From positions 1 to 64,000 of the forward strand of contig CAVYHV010000015.1 of assembly GCA_963768425.1 (NCBI GenBank): DNA of 64,000 nucleotides, given 5' to 3'. Source of the stretch: Candidatus Bathyarchaeota archaeon (GTDB taxonomy: Archaea; Thermoproteota; Bathyarchaeia; Bathyarchaeales; Bathycorpusculaceae). The notes beneath the pieces are model-generated. The model ran no database searches. It was not told the DNA's origin and saw only the letters and a list, made by a program, of their open reading frames with translations. The translations under genes were made by a program, and so were the position numbers. Positions within the stretch are counted from its first letter, which is position 1, and each line of letters opens with the position of its first letter. Positions 20,726 through 32,533 of this stretch are shown in pieces.

Positions 20726-21664
20726 CAATGTTCAGAAATCGGTCTATCGTTTATTTCTTTTTGCCAAAATAGCTTATTTTATGGCTTGTATTGTCAAAAT
20801 ACTAAATAAATACCGCTGTTGTTACCCGAAGAATGGCGTATAGAAAATCTCTTGATTTTTTTGCATGGAAACGAAAATTGAAGAGCCCATTTTAATGCTG
20901 AAAATGTGAAAACGCCTCAATTTAGCCCTATTCACTTGTCCCCTAGGGAACTGGTATGGGGAATATCGTGGCCTCATATAAGTACCCTCGAAAATCTCCA
21001 TGCGAAGCAAACCCATGTTTTTTCGAACTATCTTCGAGCTCTTCCGCATTTTTTTGGGGTGTGCGTGAAACTTTGTTGTTTTTTGACAAAAAAATTTAGA
21101 ACTAATTTTTTTTCGAGCACTGGGCTTTTTTGCAAATTGCTTTCGTTATGGGCTTAGATAATTTCCGGGTTTTGAAGTTAGGGGTCATAAAAAATTTTAG
21201 CTTAGTTTCCAGAGGTAAGTCAAAGTCTCAGGCAGCGCGAATGAAGTCGGAAGCTGCTGGTTTTCGGTTTTCTGTATTGCGGTTTCCTCAAATCGGTTTG
21301 GCCATTCTTAGGTTTTCTGAAAGAGAGGTGTTTTTCTATGTTCACCAGATGCTTTGTTGGCAATTTTCTTTTTTACAGTGGGTGTCGTGTGTCCATCTTT
21401 TTTGGCGCAGTCCTAACTCTGCAGCGCTTAATGTAGTCTAAACTGGCAATATCTTCAGCGTGTGGATGACGCATATTACGTGTACGGTTGTTCTGGTGCT
21501 GTACGTATCACATTTGTTTGTCTCCATCACCAGAATGCGCCAGTGTGCCACCGCCTAAGGCATGCGTATACAAAAGCATAACCCAATCTGTTTTCGAGTG
21601 TCTCTAAGGCAACAATTTTTATCCTCTGGGCACAAATAAAACAGCAAACGCAGGGAAAAACTGC

Positions 21665-22100
21665 TTGAGTAAAGAAATTGACAGGGTGAGACTTCGTCGC
21701 TGGCGCAAGAGAGGCTTCTATAGTGAAACCGTTTTGGTGAAGCTTCTGCAGAAAAAAGGCTATTACTCCGTTCGGGTTCCTGTCAGCAACCCCAGTCTCA
21801 ATCCCCTGCCCGGACATAATGGCCAGACGTGGTCTTCACACTTATGCCTTTGAAGTGAAAAACGCCACTTACTATGCCTACTTTCCCAAACAGCAAGTTG
21901 ATAAACTCTTCAGGTTCCTCAACCAATTTATCCCCTCAGACAATTCCTTTAAACACGCTGTAGTCGCGGCGCACCTAGGCAAAAGATGGCTGTTCAAAGA
22001 AGTCCCTTGGGCGGATTGGGAGAAAGACAAATTACCAGAAAAAATACGCATCCTCAAACGCGACCGAGGAAACCTAAATCTGGACACAACATACCCCTGA
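21665..22100 (+). CDS. Hjc-like Holliday-junction resolvase / PD-(D/E)XK protein, frameshifted
   Basis: RKRGFYSE...GYYSVRVPVS...LPDIMA...AFEVKN. Confidence 0.75.
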
Positions 22101-22178
22101 AGTTAGGAAGCAACTGTACCTCAACGTTATTATTTGCCGCCTTAACCTCTTTTTCAGTCGGAAGAGGCAAAGAAAGAA

Positions 22179-22872
22179 ATGCAAAACCAAGACGAGGTTG
22201 CCGTTTATGCAGAGGCTCTAGGAAAATTCTACGAGATAGGCAACGAAAAACTCGACGTCTTAAGAGACATCACATTTTCCATTCACAAAGCCAAGTTCAT
22301 CGTGCTCAGCGGAGCTTCAGGTTCAGGAAAAACAACCCTTCTCAATATCATCGGGGGACTTGACAAACCCACAACAGGGAAAATCTTCGTCAATGGCCAA
22401 GACCTAACAATCCAAAACGAAGATGCTCTCTCAGATTACCGTTGCAACAGCGTCGGCTTTGTCTTTCAAGCCTACAACTTGGTTTCAACATTAACTGTTG
22501 CAGAAAACATTGCCTTTCCGATGGAGTGGACCGCAAAACCACAAGAAGACATAGAAAAACGAATCTCTGAACTCCTTGAAACAGTGGGCTTAGCCAATAG
22601 ATCAAACCATTTTCCAGCCCAACTAAGCGGGGGCGAGCAGCAACGAGTCGCCTTTGCTAGGGCACTTAGCAAACGATCCCCAGCTTATTCTTGCAGATGA
22701 GCCAACGGGAAATTTGGACGACAAAAACGCTCAGAAGATTGTACAGGTTCTTCAGCTGCTCAAAGACAAAGGGAAAACAGTCATTGTGGCGACGCATGAT
22801 GTTCAGATAAAACAATTGGCAGACCAAGTTTTATGCCTTGAAGAAGGCGTTTTGGCGGGAAAAGATGAGTAG
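22179..22872 (+). CDS. ABC transporter ATP-binding protein (LolD/MacB-like), frameshifted
   Basis: GASGSGKTT, LSGGEQQRV, ADEPTGNLD, ATHD. Confidence 0.92.
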
Positions 22873-24736
22873 CGCAGCTTTTCCAATAAACGATTTGCTT
22901 CGTAGACGACTTCAAACCGGCTTAAGCATCGCAACTTTAGCATTAAGCGTTGCCTCCACGCTGTTTCTGCTGTTTTTCAGTAGCCGCTTGGGCGGTTTGA
23001 CATCTGCAAATACTGTTTTTACTATAGGAATAAGCGTGTTATTTTCACAATTCATACTCTTCATAGGCATCCTCATCTTTGCCGTGGGCGCTATCTTGGT
23101 CTCTTTCATAACATTCTCCATGATGTCTCAAAGAACTCGGGATTTCGGGCTGATAAAGGCTGCCGGATGCCCAAACAGCCTTGTCGCGGGATATTTCATG
23201 ACCGAACTCTTAGCAACAACGGTGGCAGGATGCGTTTTAGGCATAGTCGTCGGTTTCTTGATGGATTTTGCTGTTTCAAAATATGTTTTCTCATCCTATA
23301 GTTTGCCCAATCTATTGTTGGTTCCAATAGTTTTTGTCGTTTTCCTTGTTCTGGCTTTTGTTTTTGGCATTTGGCCTCTTCTTAAAGCCTCAAGAATGTC
23401 GCCGATAAAGGCTCTTTCACCCGTAACCTACCATGGTCTAACCACAACCGCCAAGCATAAGCCCTTTTCAAAGTCAGGAATAACATGGAGCATTGCAAGC
23501 AGAAGCCTACTTCGTAGACAATCAGCAACTTTTCGGCTTGTAATCTTGCTTTCAGTGGTCTTCATTCTGCTCACTGTTTGCATCGGCGGAGGTGTTATCG
23601 CAAGCGGCACAACCACAACCTGGGTTCAAAACAGCGTCGGCAAAAATACAATCGCCATAGCTTCAAACAGCATGGGTAGTCAATATGTACACTTGCTGTC
23701 ACAGTTTTCAGGCGCCTCAAATAAAGCCAATTTCGACTATTCAAGTTCAAATCTCGCGATTCCCAACTCAGTAGTAAAACAACTATACGCTTTGTCAAGT
23801 GTCAATTTAATTGATTCTCGTTTAGTCTTAAATGGGCAAATTCAAGAGGTTGCCAACTTCAGCTTTAACGGCGACACGGGTTCAATGAGCCCCGTGGGCG
23901 GCAATAGGACAACAAACGCTATTGTCGTCGGCGTGAATGCTTCAGAACTTTCAAGCAAATGGAACGTAAATGGACGATTCCTGAATAATGATGACCAGTA
24001 TCAGGCAGTTGTTGGCGATTCAGTCTCCCAAACAATCTACATGCCTGATTCACACTTGGGAATATCGGACGCAAACCCCCTTCTGGAAGACATGACCTTT
24101 GACAATATCACGTACAACATTGTAGGAGTATGTGTCGACCCCTTAAACAACGGCTTCGTCACATATGTTCCTATTCAAACCCTGGAAAACTCATCTGGAA
24201 TTTTAAGCCCAAATTTGCTATTAGTTACATTAAAGAGTTCAACTGACCAAGCGGCTGCCATTGCGCAAATCAAAGGTCTCCTTCAAAATATAGATCCAAA
24301 CTTGAATGTTTTTCAGTTGAGCAGTGTTGTCGAAAAAGACACGAATTTTCTTGCTTCAAATTGGCAAACAATAATGATTATGCCGTTCTTTGCTTTGGGT
24401 GCGGCAGCGCTCTGTATGGTAAGCTACATGATGCTTGCTGCAGATGAACAACATCAAGAATTCGGAGTTTTACGTGCTATCGGTGCCAAACCACGCTTTG
24501 TTGTGTCAGTTTTGGCGCTTCAAAGTGCAGTTTTGCTTCTTTCAAGCTTCGGAATTGGAATATCTCTTGGAACTATCATAACTATTCTTATTTTGATACA
24601 GCAACCCATAGTCACAAGTTTCATGATTCTGGAAATAACGGGACTACTTTTCGTCGCGCTGGCAGGAATCCTGCTCTTGAGCCTTTACCCGGCGTTCAAG
24701 TTGGCGAGAGCTTCAGTTTTGAAAATTATCACCTAG
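22865..24736 (+). CDS. FtsX/MacB-like ABC permease
   Basis: Two FtsX-type regions (RTRDFGLIKAAG, EFGVLRAIGA), large extracellular loop. Confidence 0.88.
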   Translation: MSSAAFPINDLLRRRLQTGLSIATLALSVASTLFLLFFSSRLGGLTSANTVFTIGISVLFSQFILFIGILIFAVGAILVSFITFSMMSQRTRDFGLIKAAGCPNSLVAGYFMTELLATTVAGCVLGIVVGFLMDFAVSKYVFSSYSLPNLLLVPIVFVVFLVLAFVFGIWPLLKASRMSPIKALSPVTYHGLTTTAKHKPFSKSGITWSIASRSLLRRQSATFRLVILLSVVFILLTVCIGGGVIASGTTTTWVQNSVGKNTIAIASNSMGSQYVHLLSQFSGASNKANFDYSSSNLAIPNSVVKQLYALSSVNLIDSRLVLNGQIQEVANFSFNGDTGSMSPVGGNRTTNAIVVGVNASELSSKWNVNGRFLNNDDQYQAVVGDSVSQTIYMPDSHLGISDANPLLEDMTFDNITYNIVGVCVDPLNNGFVTYVPIQTLENSSGILSPNLLLVTLKSSTDQAAAIAQIKGLLQNIDPNLNVFQLSSVVEKDTNFLASNWQTIMIMPFFALGAAALCMVSYMMLAADEQHQEFGVLRAIGAKPRFVVSVLALQSAVLLLSSFGIGISLGTIITILILIQQPIVTSFMILEITGLLFVALAGILLLSLYPAFKLARASVLKIIT

Positions 24737-25426
24737 CTTTTGGAAGGTCCTGTGGAAAAACTTGACGTTTTCTGTGTATATAGATAGTTGGTCTAGGAAG
24801 TTTTGCAGCTGCAATATGGGAATTATCGGGACTTCATAGTAAAATTTGAATGCACTGGGTACAAGCGACAAGACCGCAGGCATAAGCTTAGCTTCGCTCC
24901 AACATGCGCATTCAAGTTTTAACGCCGGGTTAGGCAATGAATCTGCCAACGCGCGGGTGCGATTTACCTGCAAATCAACAATTCTCTTCAAAGCCGACGT
25001 CGCTATAGAGTGTTGCCAATGTTTGCAGTCGATGCAGACAACCAAAGGTTTCTTGCAGCCAACGATATCCATTTCCCATCGTCTACCTGAACCCTTGAAA
25101 TGAACGTTATTCGAAACAGCGTACCCGTTCTTTTTTAGAGCGTAAGCCGCAATTTCTTCGAACTCTTGCCAACAAAGCATGTTGCTGATATACTCGATAT
25201 CTGCACCTAATGACAGTGCTTTGACTGCCATTTTAAGCCTGCTGCCTAGTTCTGGTTCAACACTGCCCTGTTTCAAATAAACAAGGCCTTCGTCTTGAAG
25301 TTTACATAGCAATTTTATCATGATACTTGTAGGCAGATGTGCTTCATTTTTGACAAGTTCAGTTAAAACAGGCCCTTCTTTCGTCAGTTTTAGAAGAGAA
25401 ATTATCAGATTACGCTCAACACTCAC
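24713..25426 (-). CDS. wHTH + Mrr/NERD-like restriction-endonuclease domain protein
   Basis: WQEFEE...EMDIVG...IDCKHW. Confidence 0.75.
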   Translation of the reverse strand: MSVERNLIISLLKLTKEGPVLTELVKNEAHLPTSIMIKLLCKLQDEGLVYLKQGSVEPELGSRLKMAVKALSLGADIEYISNMLCWQEFEEIAAYALKKNGYAVSNNVHFKGSGRRWEMDIVGCKKPLVVCIDCKHWQHSIATSALKRIVDLQVNRTRALADSLPNPALKLECACWSEAKLMPAVLSLVPSAFKFYYEVPIIPILQLQNFLDQLSIYTENVKFFHRTFQKLGDNFQN

Positions 25427-26249
25427 AGTTAACCCTCAACAGATTTAACACAAAGCAATCAAAAAACAACAGATTGTTAGCGCAACAGTCCAAATCGGCA
25501 AGGCAACTTCCGAGATCGTATACAAAAGCATCAACAACCCCCACTTTCTAACCCCCAATCAACAAAAGCCATCAGACACAGTCGCCCTTTGGTCATCAAC
25601 TTTCACTTTTTCTCCTTTTTTGCCGTGTGCTGGAGAACTGCACTCACTAATTGAAATACTTTCTTTATCCTCTGCAGAAACCGAGGAGAGGGAGCCTTCG
25701 CCTAACGAAGAGTTCAGTAGGGAGCTAAGGCATGGAGCAATTAACAGATTAATGCTTTTTTGGCAAACAAGCACTTCAAATTTTTAACTTTTATATTTAA
25801 AAAATACCCATTCGCTTGTTTTTCGCTAGTTAAAAAAGAGAGTGACAGGGAGAAGCCAGTAATTTTCGTGTAACAGTCGTCCAACAAACCACTAATGGAT
25901 GCCGTTTTCGTCCCAAAACTGTTTAACTTGCTGAAAATAATACCTCAAGGGTCGGCTATTGATCAGCCCAACGCATTTGACGATCAGTTTAACCATCTGC
26001 ATTCAGTTTTTCAGCTGCTCAGGGCTGTTTGCTTCCTAATTGCGGTTTCCAAGTTTCACGTATATTTAAGGTTCGCGGATTTTCGATGAAACTGACTGTT
26101 TCAAGCAGTTTGAAAAAATAAGCTCAGGTTGAAAAAATGTGTTTTGGTGATGCTTTTGTATACCGGTAGGTAAAATAGTGACGTAGAACGTGAATTTTAT
26201 CCTTTAAGAGAAATCAGAAATAAGAAAAGTGATAGTTTGGTCCAGTTGT

Positions 26250-26450
26250 TTATTTTTCTTTTTCGTGGATTTCGCATTGAAGTTTCTTTATGATTTCGTC
26301 AACTCTGAGTGGTTCAATCTTCAGCGTATAAAGTTGGCGAGGCGTGCGAAGCTTCAACTTAACGTTGTCTTTTAGTCTCTGCACTGAGCAGTATTTTGCT
26401 TTGGCGCTCATGGCGACAAACTTATCAACATCAGTAATTTCAGTTGGCAT
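26250..26450 (-). CDS. rpl38e: Large-subunit ribosomal protein eL38
   Basis: MPTEITDVDKF...VKLKLRTPRQLYTLK signature. Confidence 0.85.
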   Translation of the reverse strand: MPTEITDVDKFVAMSAKAKYCSVQRLKDNVKLKLRTPRQLYTLKIEPLRVDEIIKKLQCEIHEKEK

Positions 26451-26585
26451 ACCCGTTTCCTCAACAGTAGCCTTGAGGATGCAAAGTCGAGTTTTTATTT
26501 GTTTTGGTCAGCATATGCCAAGAGACAAAATCGAAAACGAAATGACTTTAAAGAAAAGGGATTTTGATTAGATAAGCACTCTTGC

Positions 26586-26786
26586 TTATGGTTTCTTTGA
26601 TTTGATACCAAGCTTAAGGTTAACTTCGACGGTGTATTCTTTGTCGCTTTTTCCCACGGCGAAATTCCAGTCTTTCACTTCGACTTCCATGTCTTTGAAT
26701 TGATTTACAACGGCGTCTTTGTATTCTTGGGCGGTTTGACCTATCTTCTGCAGTTTCTCAGTTATGTTAATAGATGTTTCAGGCAT
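26586..26786 (-). CDS. Hypothetical protein
   Basis: 66 aa ORF with GGAGGTG upstream. Confidence 0.75.
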   Translation of the reverse strand: MPETSINITEKLQKIGQTAQEYKDAVVNQFKDMEVEVKDWNFAVGKSDKEYTVEVNLKLGIKSKKP

Positions 26787-26974
26787 AAATTACACCTCCC
26801 AAAAACAGTAGGGTTGTGCTAAAGGCATTGAGCGTTAACTGCTTTTAAAAATTTGTGGTTGTGCAGCCACAACAGCAATAACAGTCATTTTTTCTTGGCA
26901 AATCTGGAAGCTCATGCGGGGGTCCCATTTGATTTTGGTCAGTCCAAAAGCGTTTTCCTAATACAAGCTTGATT

Positions 26975-27292
26975 TTAATGTTCTGGGTGCGTGTGGTTGA
27001 AGCCATAGTAAATGGCAACTATAAACAAGGCAAGGAAGATGACTTCGATTATGGCTGCGATGATAACTGCTGTTTGGAAGCTTTGTCGTTCTTGGTTTGT
27101 GAGATTAATTTGTACAGTTGGCGATCCTTGGGTTGGATTGGTCCCTGGAATTATGTATTTATAAATTGAGTTATTCGCCGATAAAACTACGATGGCTGGA
27201 GGTATTGTCAAAGCTACGATCAGAAAGACTGCTGCAAGCGCAAAAACACGTTTTCTATGCATAAAAATCCAATATTTATAATTCTTTTTCAA
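26975..27292 (-). CDS. Two-TM membrane protein
   Basis: Two hydrophobic segments. Confidence 0.65.
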   Translation of the reverse strand: MKKNYKYWIFMHRKRVFALAAVFLIVALTIPPAIVVLSANNSIYKYIIPGTNPTQGSPTVQINLTNQERQSFQTAVIIAAIIEVIFLALFIVAIYYGFNHTHPEH

Positions 27293-27382
27293 GGTAATAA
27301 GCGTTAGGCTCGGGTGATACTGTTAAGTCTTTTTGTCATGAATCCTTTTAAGTAGTTTTGGGGGAACTTCTCTTTGAAAATG

Positions 27383-27736
27383 TTAATGACGCCACACTAC
27401 CTCTAGTATCTGCCACAAAATTGTTACGAAAATTATCGCAATACCAAGGTTCATCATAAAAGCAATTGCGATACCCCAAGGGATGCCCGCAAGCGGAAAC
27501 GATGGCACAGGTCCCGAACTTGGACCAGTAAAGGAATATTGAATATATGTGTACACTACCTTTCCGAGGAAAGTGACGACGAACCCTTGCGACCAAGTGG
27601 AATTTCCTGCACCCGTATCCGTCACCGTAAATATGTTGTGGCACCCTGCTGGAACCCCCAAGGAAGTCATCGGTAAAGCTAATATTATCCCTACAAGCAA
27701 AACGAAAACGAAAGCTCTCATTCTCGCCCAGACCAA
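27383..27736 (-). CDS. Small membrane protein
   Basis: N-terminal signal/TM and C-terminal TM. Confidence 0.55.
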   Translation of the reverse strand: MVWARMRAFVFVLLVGIILALPMTSLGVPAGCHNIFTVTDTGAGNSTWSQGFVVTFLGKVVYTYIQYSFTGPSSGPVPSFPLAGIPWGIAIAFMMNLGIAIIFVTILWQILEVVWRH

Positions 27737-28110
27737 GACTGTCAGTAGTTTTCCAGAGAATAGTTAAACGGCATCCAATAAAGATTTTACGATCATCAAC
27801 CGAATATTCAGATGAACGCTATTTCAACCGAGAACTTCACAGAACCGGCTCGGGTTGATTGCAATCCAATCAGGTTTGCCATCTCTGATAGGTCGGTTAA
27901 GACATTTGCTTTTTGAATACTTCGGTATGTCCGGGTACAATGACTTTAAGAAAAGTCGTTTTCTAGGTTGGTATGCCTGCTGAATCGATCTAGATCCTGC
28001 TTTAACTCAGACGAAATCAAACCAATGTACCACGTGTTTGAATGCAGGTTCAAAAAGCATGAATTTTCTTTTGAGACGTGGCGGCTGACCGTAATTCGGA
28101 GTAAGTGGAT

Positions 28111-28187
28111 TGGTGGGCCGTACCGGATTTGAACCGGTGATCTTCGCCGCGTGAGGGCGACGTCCTAGCCAGCTAGACTAACGGCCC
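28111..28187 (-). tRNA. tRNA-Val (CAC), CCA encoded
   Basis: GGGCCGT/ACGGCCC acceptor; TCGCC-CTCACGC-GGCGA anticodon arm; ACCGG-TTCAAAT-CCGGT T arm. Confidence 0.97.
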
Positions 28188-28553
28188 AGATGCTGAATTC
28201 AAAATACAGAGTTTCCTTTCATAAAGCCTTTCCCCTCACAGAGACAATCGATAAGAGGTAACAAAAAAATGCAAGAAAATTTGATGATTTCGTAGACAGA
28301 CATGAAGGATCCCTAATTTTTGCATGTTTTTTGGCAAGTGCCACGTTAGGCTACGTTTTAATGCACATTACTAAACTTCATTCATAAACCAACGTTGCAT
28401 GGGCGTCCAAAAATACTTTGGAGCGCAATCTGCTTATGCCTTCGATGCTATAGCACAAGCAGATTTCGAGTGTTTTCGTAAAAAGATAATTAATATTTCT
28501 GAGGAAACGTTAAATGATTAGGCTCTCCCATATCCGAGGTCATCCAAAAGAGT

Positions 28554-28627
28554 GCCGAGGTAGCTCAGCCTGGGAGAGCGCTCGGCTGAAGACCGAGTCG
28601 TCGCAGGTTCAAACCCTGCCCTCGGCA
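28554..28627 (+). tRNA. tRNA-Phe (GAA); anchor of the downstream array
   Basis: GCCGAGG/CCTCGGC acceptor; CTCGG-CTGAAGA-CCGAG anticodon arm; GCAGG-TTCAAAC-CCTGC T arm. Confidence 0.97.
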
Positions 28628-28748
28628 CATTTTTGCTTATTTTCTGCTTGTTTCTTTCCAATTTCTTGGTTCTTCGCAAAGAAAGGGAAAAATACATTCG
28701 CTTTGGCTGTTCAAACCTCCAGGACCATAATGTGGTCTGAACTCTGCG

Positions 28749-30384
28749 GAGACTGTGTGAAAAGTCTCTTTCTCTGCTGGCTATTTACCGTTAACCTTAA
28801 ATCTAGACTAGCTTTAGAGCAACAGAAAGAGCTGAAAAGCCATGAGCGAACACGTAACAGGCCACCACAGAAATCAGTCAGTTCTCTTCCCAAACACCAT
28901 CGACGATTACGTCGACAAGGAAAACCCAGTACGATTCATTGACGCTTTTATAGATAGCCTCAACTTAGAGAAGCTCGGATTCAAGCATTCAGTACTCGCA
29001 GACACAGGAAGACCATCTTATAATCCCTCAGACCTTCTCAAACTCTACGTTTACGGCTACCTCAACCAGGTGAGATCAAGCCGAAAATTGGAGAAAGAAT
29101 GCCACCGCAACGTTGAGGTCATGTGGCTGATGAAAAAGCTAGCTCCGGACTTCAAAACCATCGCTGACTTCAGAAAAGACAACGTGGACTGCATCAAAGG
29201 CGTATTCAAAGAATTCGTTTACCTCTGCAGGAGCCTGGATCTTTACGGTGCTCAACTGGTAGCGATTGATGGCACCAAATTCAAAGCGGTAAACTCCAAG
29301 AGCAACAACCTCAACGAGAAAACAGTCGCTTTGAGGCTCAAACAAACAGAAGAAAAGATAGCAGAGTACCTCAAAGAAATGGACCAAAACGATACGGCTG
29401 ATTCAGCTGAAGATGAAAGCGTCAATGCCGATGAGCTCAAGGAGAAAATATGCAAGCTTGAAGAGGAAAAGCAACGATACGAGCAGATTCAAGACCAAAT
29501 GAAGGCAACAGGCCAGAAGGAGGTTTCACTTGTGGATCCAGATAGCCGTTTGATGCGGGTAGACAGTCAAAGGCTTGAAGTCTGCTACAACATTCAGACA
29601 TCTGTGGATGCGAAGCAGCATTTAATCGTGGATTACGATGTCATCAATAATTCGACTGATCATCACCAGCTAGCGACCGATGCTAAGGCTGCAAAACAGA
29701 TGCTTGGCGTTGATCAGCTGGAAGTTTTGAGTGACAAAGGATTCTATGTTGCAAATGACCTCGTTGAATGTGAGGAAGCTGGGATAACGGTGTTTATGCC
29801 GATTCCAGCTTTCAATCCTACTAAGAATGTAGGGGTGCCGGAGCCCGAGTTTTGCTCTGACAAGTTTGTCTATATGTTGAGCGAGATGCTTATGTTTGTC
29901 CTGGCGGGAGTGAGTTGGAGCTTTTGAGGCGTAGTTATCGAGGAAAAGAGCAATGTTGGGGTGGTCTTTATGGGACGAAATTCTGTCTGTCTTGTTCTTT
30001 CAGGAGTAGGTGCACTAGAAACAAGCGTGGCAGACGCATGTTCAGGCGGAGTATCAAGATGCTGTGGATAGGTTAAGGGCGAGAGTTAGCAGTTCAGATG
30101 GAAGAGCGAAGTTCGTTTGAGGCGTGAAATAGCGGAGCATCCGTTTGGAACTATTAAGCGAGCGTTCAATCAGGGTTATTTGCTTTTGAAAGGGTTACGG
30201 AAGGTTAAGGGAGAAGTCGGATTTACTATGCTGGCTTATAACATGAGAAGGGCGATCAATATTCTTGGAGTTGGCACGTTAATGGCTTTGATTAAGGCGT
30301 AAAAAAGATAGTAAAGAACAAACGCATCTAAGAGCTTGGGTGGGCAAATAATGAGGCTTTAGCTATGAGTTTTGACACAGTCTG
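28749..30384 (+). mobile_element. IS1182-family insertion sequence (~1.64 kb)
   Basis: TIRs GAGACTGTGTGAAAAGTC / GAGTTTTGACACAGTCTG; TSD TGCG (28745-48, 30385-88); empty homologous site GAACTCTGCGGGGTTC at 52601. Confidence 0.92.
28842..30302 (+). CDS. IS1182-family DDE transposase, frameshifted
   Basis: GRPSYNP, SSRKLE, PDFKTIADFR, AIDGTK, DPDSR, SDKGF, EHPFGTIK, AYNMRR. Confidence 0.93.
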
Positions 30385-30487
30385 TGCGGGGTTCAAAACC
30401 CATAGAGACCTGAACCGTTATGGCACGAAAACTTTTGGATTCGACCCTAGCGCGAAGAGGCTTAGGAAAAAGCCTGCCCATTTTGCC

Positions 30488-31042
30488 TCAGAGTCCTAAC
30501 TCAATCAATTTGAGCAAACTGCCGATTTGTATAGCGTCACTTCCGGTCACCAATTGCGAAAACGTCGGTTTCGCATTCAAACCAATAGTGACCACCTTGC
30601 CACCTCCATAAGAGATAGTAACGGTTAATCCTTTGTCCCTCAATTCCTCAGCAACTTTTCTTGCTTGGCTTAAGCTGCTCCACAATGATGCTCTGCCATT
30701 CCCCAACCCGCTTAGCACCTTCTTGACGAAGTGTTTGTCGATTAAATCAAGGCTGAATTCTTTGTTTTCCGCCTTAAGTTGCAGAGTTTCCCGTCCATTT
30801 ATCGTGACTGCTAGTTCGCCTTTCCTAAAAACGTGTCCCAGCAAATTCGGCAACTTCAGGTCCGAGCCAGGTTTTTTCTCTTTGACGATAGCGAGATCGA
30901 GGACAACGAAGCCATCGAGCTTGGTTTTCAATGTGCCCGCTTCAAGGGTTAGGTCGTGAAAGGTCACCTTAAAGTCGGATTCTTTTCCTGCAAGTTTGTC
31001 CATGAATTTCATGAATGTGGTGCTGAAATTTTCTGTTGCCAC
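30488..31042 (-). CDS. Hypothetical protein
   Basis: 184 aa ORF, no recognised motif. Confidence 0.65.
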   Translation of the reverse strand: MATENFSTTFMKFMDKLAGKESDFKVTFHDLTLEAGTLKTKLDGFVVLDLAIVKEKKPGSDLKLPNLLGHVFRKGELAVTINGRETLQLKAENKEFSLDLIDKHFVKKVLSGLGNGRASLWSSLSQARKVAEELRDKGLTVTISYGGGKVVTIGLNAKPTFSQLVTGSDAIQIGSLLKLIELGL

Positions 31043-31581
31043 AGCCGAACACTATCTAAGCAAGATGTTAAAGTAACAATAAATTAAATTTATGAATCGT
31101 CCATTCATGAAAATCATGGCATGGGTAAGATACAGATTGTTCCAGCAATGCGTTTGTTATAGCAATCAATGAGATTAATGGTTTAGCTATGTCGTTTTCA
31201 GAGATATATTTCAGTCTATAGCAACAAAGTCAAAAGACAATACGCTGCAGTTCAATTTCTTCGGAGATATTTCAGATTTTTCTTCTATTAATTAAGCTTT
31301 ACAAGGACATTCTCAAGGCGACTTCTTCTGAAAATACTCAGCTAAATCCCGCATTCGAACCAAAACAGAAATTGCTGCCTACAACAAACACTTTGCAACA
31401 AAGGCAGCGCCTTTCTAGGCATAAATCTTATTCAAACCCACTATGTTTTATATTATTTCATCTTGATCATAAATTAAGTAACACAAAGGTTTTTTACGCC
31501 TTGTTTTTTGCGCCGTACTCGTCTTCAAGAATCAGCGCTCACTAGAAATTCTTCGATTAGAAAACAATGCGGGATGTCAAT

Positions 31582-31866
31582 TTAGAACATTCGCCCATTT
31601 CTTGTTTTGTTAACGTAATCTATCAAACTGAATTCCAAAACGCCGCCGAAGCAGTTGGCTATCAACCATGTCCAAGCTCCAAAAGTGTTGAAGGCAAGCC
31701 AAAAAATAACGGTGCCTACCAGAAATGTTATCGTGCCAACAAGATTATACTTAACGAATCGTAAAACCAAGTTACCTACCCTGTTGTGCAAAGCAAAATT
31801 GATCATCCTTTTCTTAAAGCTCAAACGGTCGCACAACACATTGCTGTCGCATATATTAACTGTCAC
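31582..31866 (-). CDS. GtrA-like small membrane protein
   Basis: RFVKYNLVGTITFLVG...AN pattern. Confidence 0.55.
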   Translation of the reverse strand: MTVNICDSNVLCDRLSFKKRMINFALHNRVGNLVLRFVKYNLVGTITFLVGTVIFWLAFNTFGAWTWLIANCFGGVLEFSLIDYVNKTRNGRMF

Positions 31867-32533
31867 GATATATTACCAAGATAGTAATATATCAAAACCT
31901 AAACATAACCTTTTCAATGAGCGATGAAAACAACTGTTGTACACCTGGTCATTAAAATATAGACAAGATAAGCATTCTGAAGGAAAAAAACCATCAAATT
32001 TAACTGAAAAGTGCAAAAGCTAGGCAGTAGTCGCGTTGTACAATAAGATGAGACTAAACCTTTCTCGGCGTCTTCGTAGTGGTGAATTACCCCCGCGAGG
32101 ATTTTGTGTTTGGATTCGTTGATGCAACGGTTGGTTCAATTGAATTATCAATTGTGGCAAAATTTTTTTTCGTTGATCTTTAGGTTTTCTTGCCTACTTT
32201 TTACAGATGTTACTACGTCCAAGAACATGGCTAAACGATCACCCATGCCCAACTCTTAAGATGAGTATCTAAACTTCCCACCGACCATCTTATCACAGCC
32301 ATCGATAGGTATAGTGTACGAGCACTAACGCTGCAGAAAAAAGTTGTGAAAAGAAATGGAAAAAATCGGCGTTATCCACGCCAAATCAACGGTCATTCAT
32401 AACGAATACTAAATAATTTTAGGCTGCAAATGAAGTGGGCTACTTTTTTTGAGTTTCGGCATAATACTGACGCTAAATACATAAGACATAAGGGCTTCTT
32501 AAATTCAACGATTCCATAGATGACTCTGGAAAA

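Noticed and set aside
21500-21535. Fluoride riboswitch (GGTGATGGAG on the minus strand)
   Set aside because: Lacks the following TTCACC pairing and the GCTRATGAC 3' motif.
28514-28942. 142-aa ORF, and similar ORFs at 52496, 43904, 41288 and 55976
   Set aside because: They overlap a tRNA, att arms or repeats and have no protein-like features.
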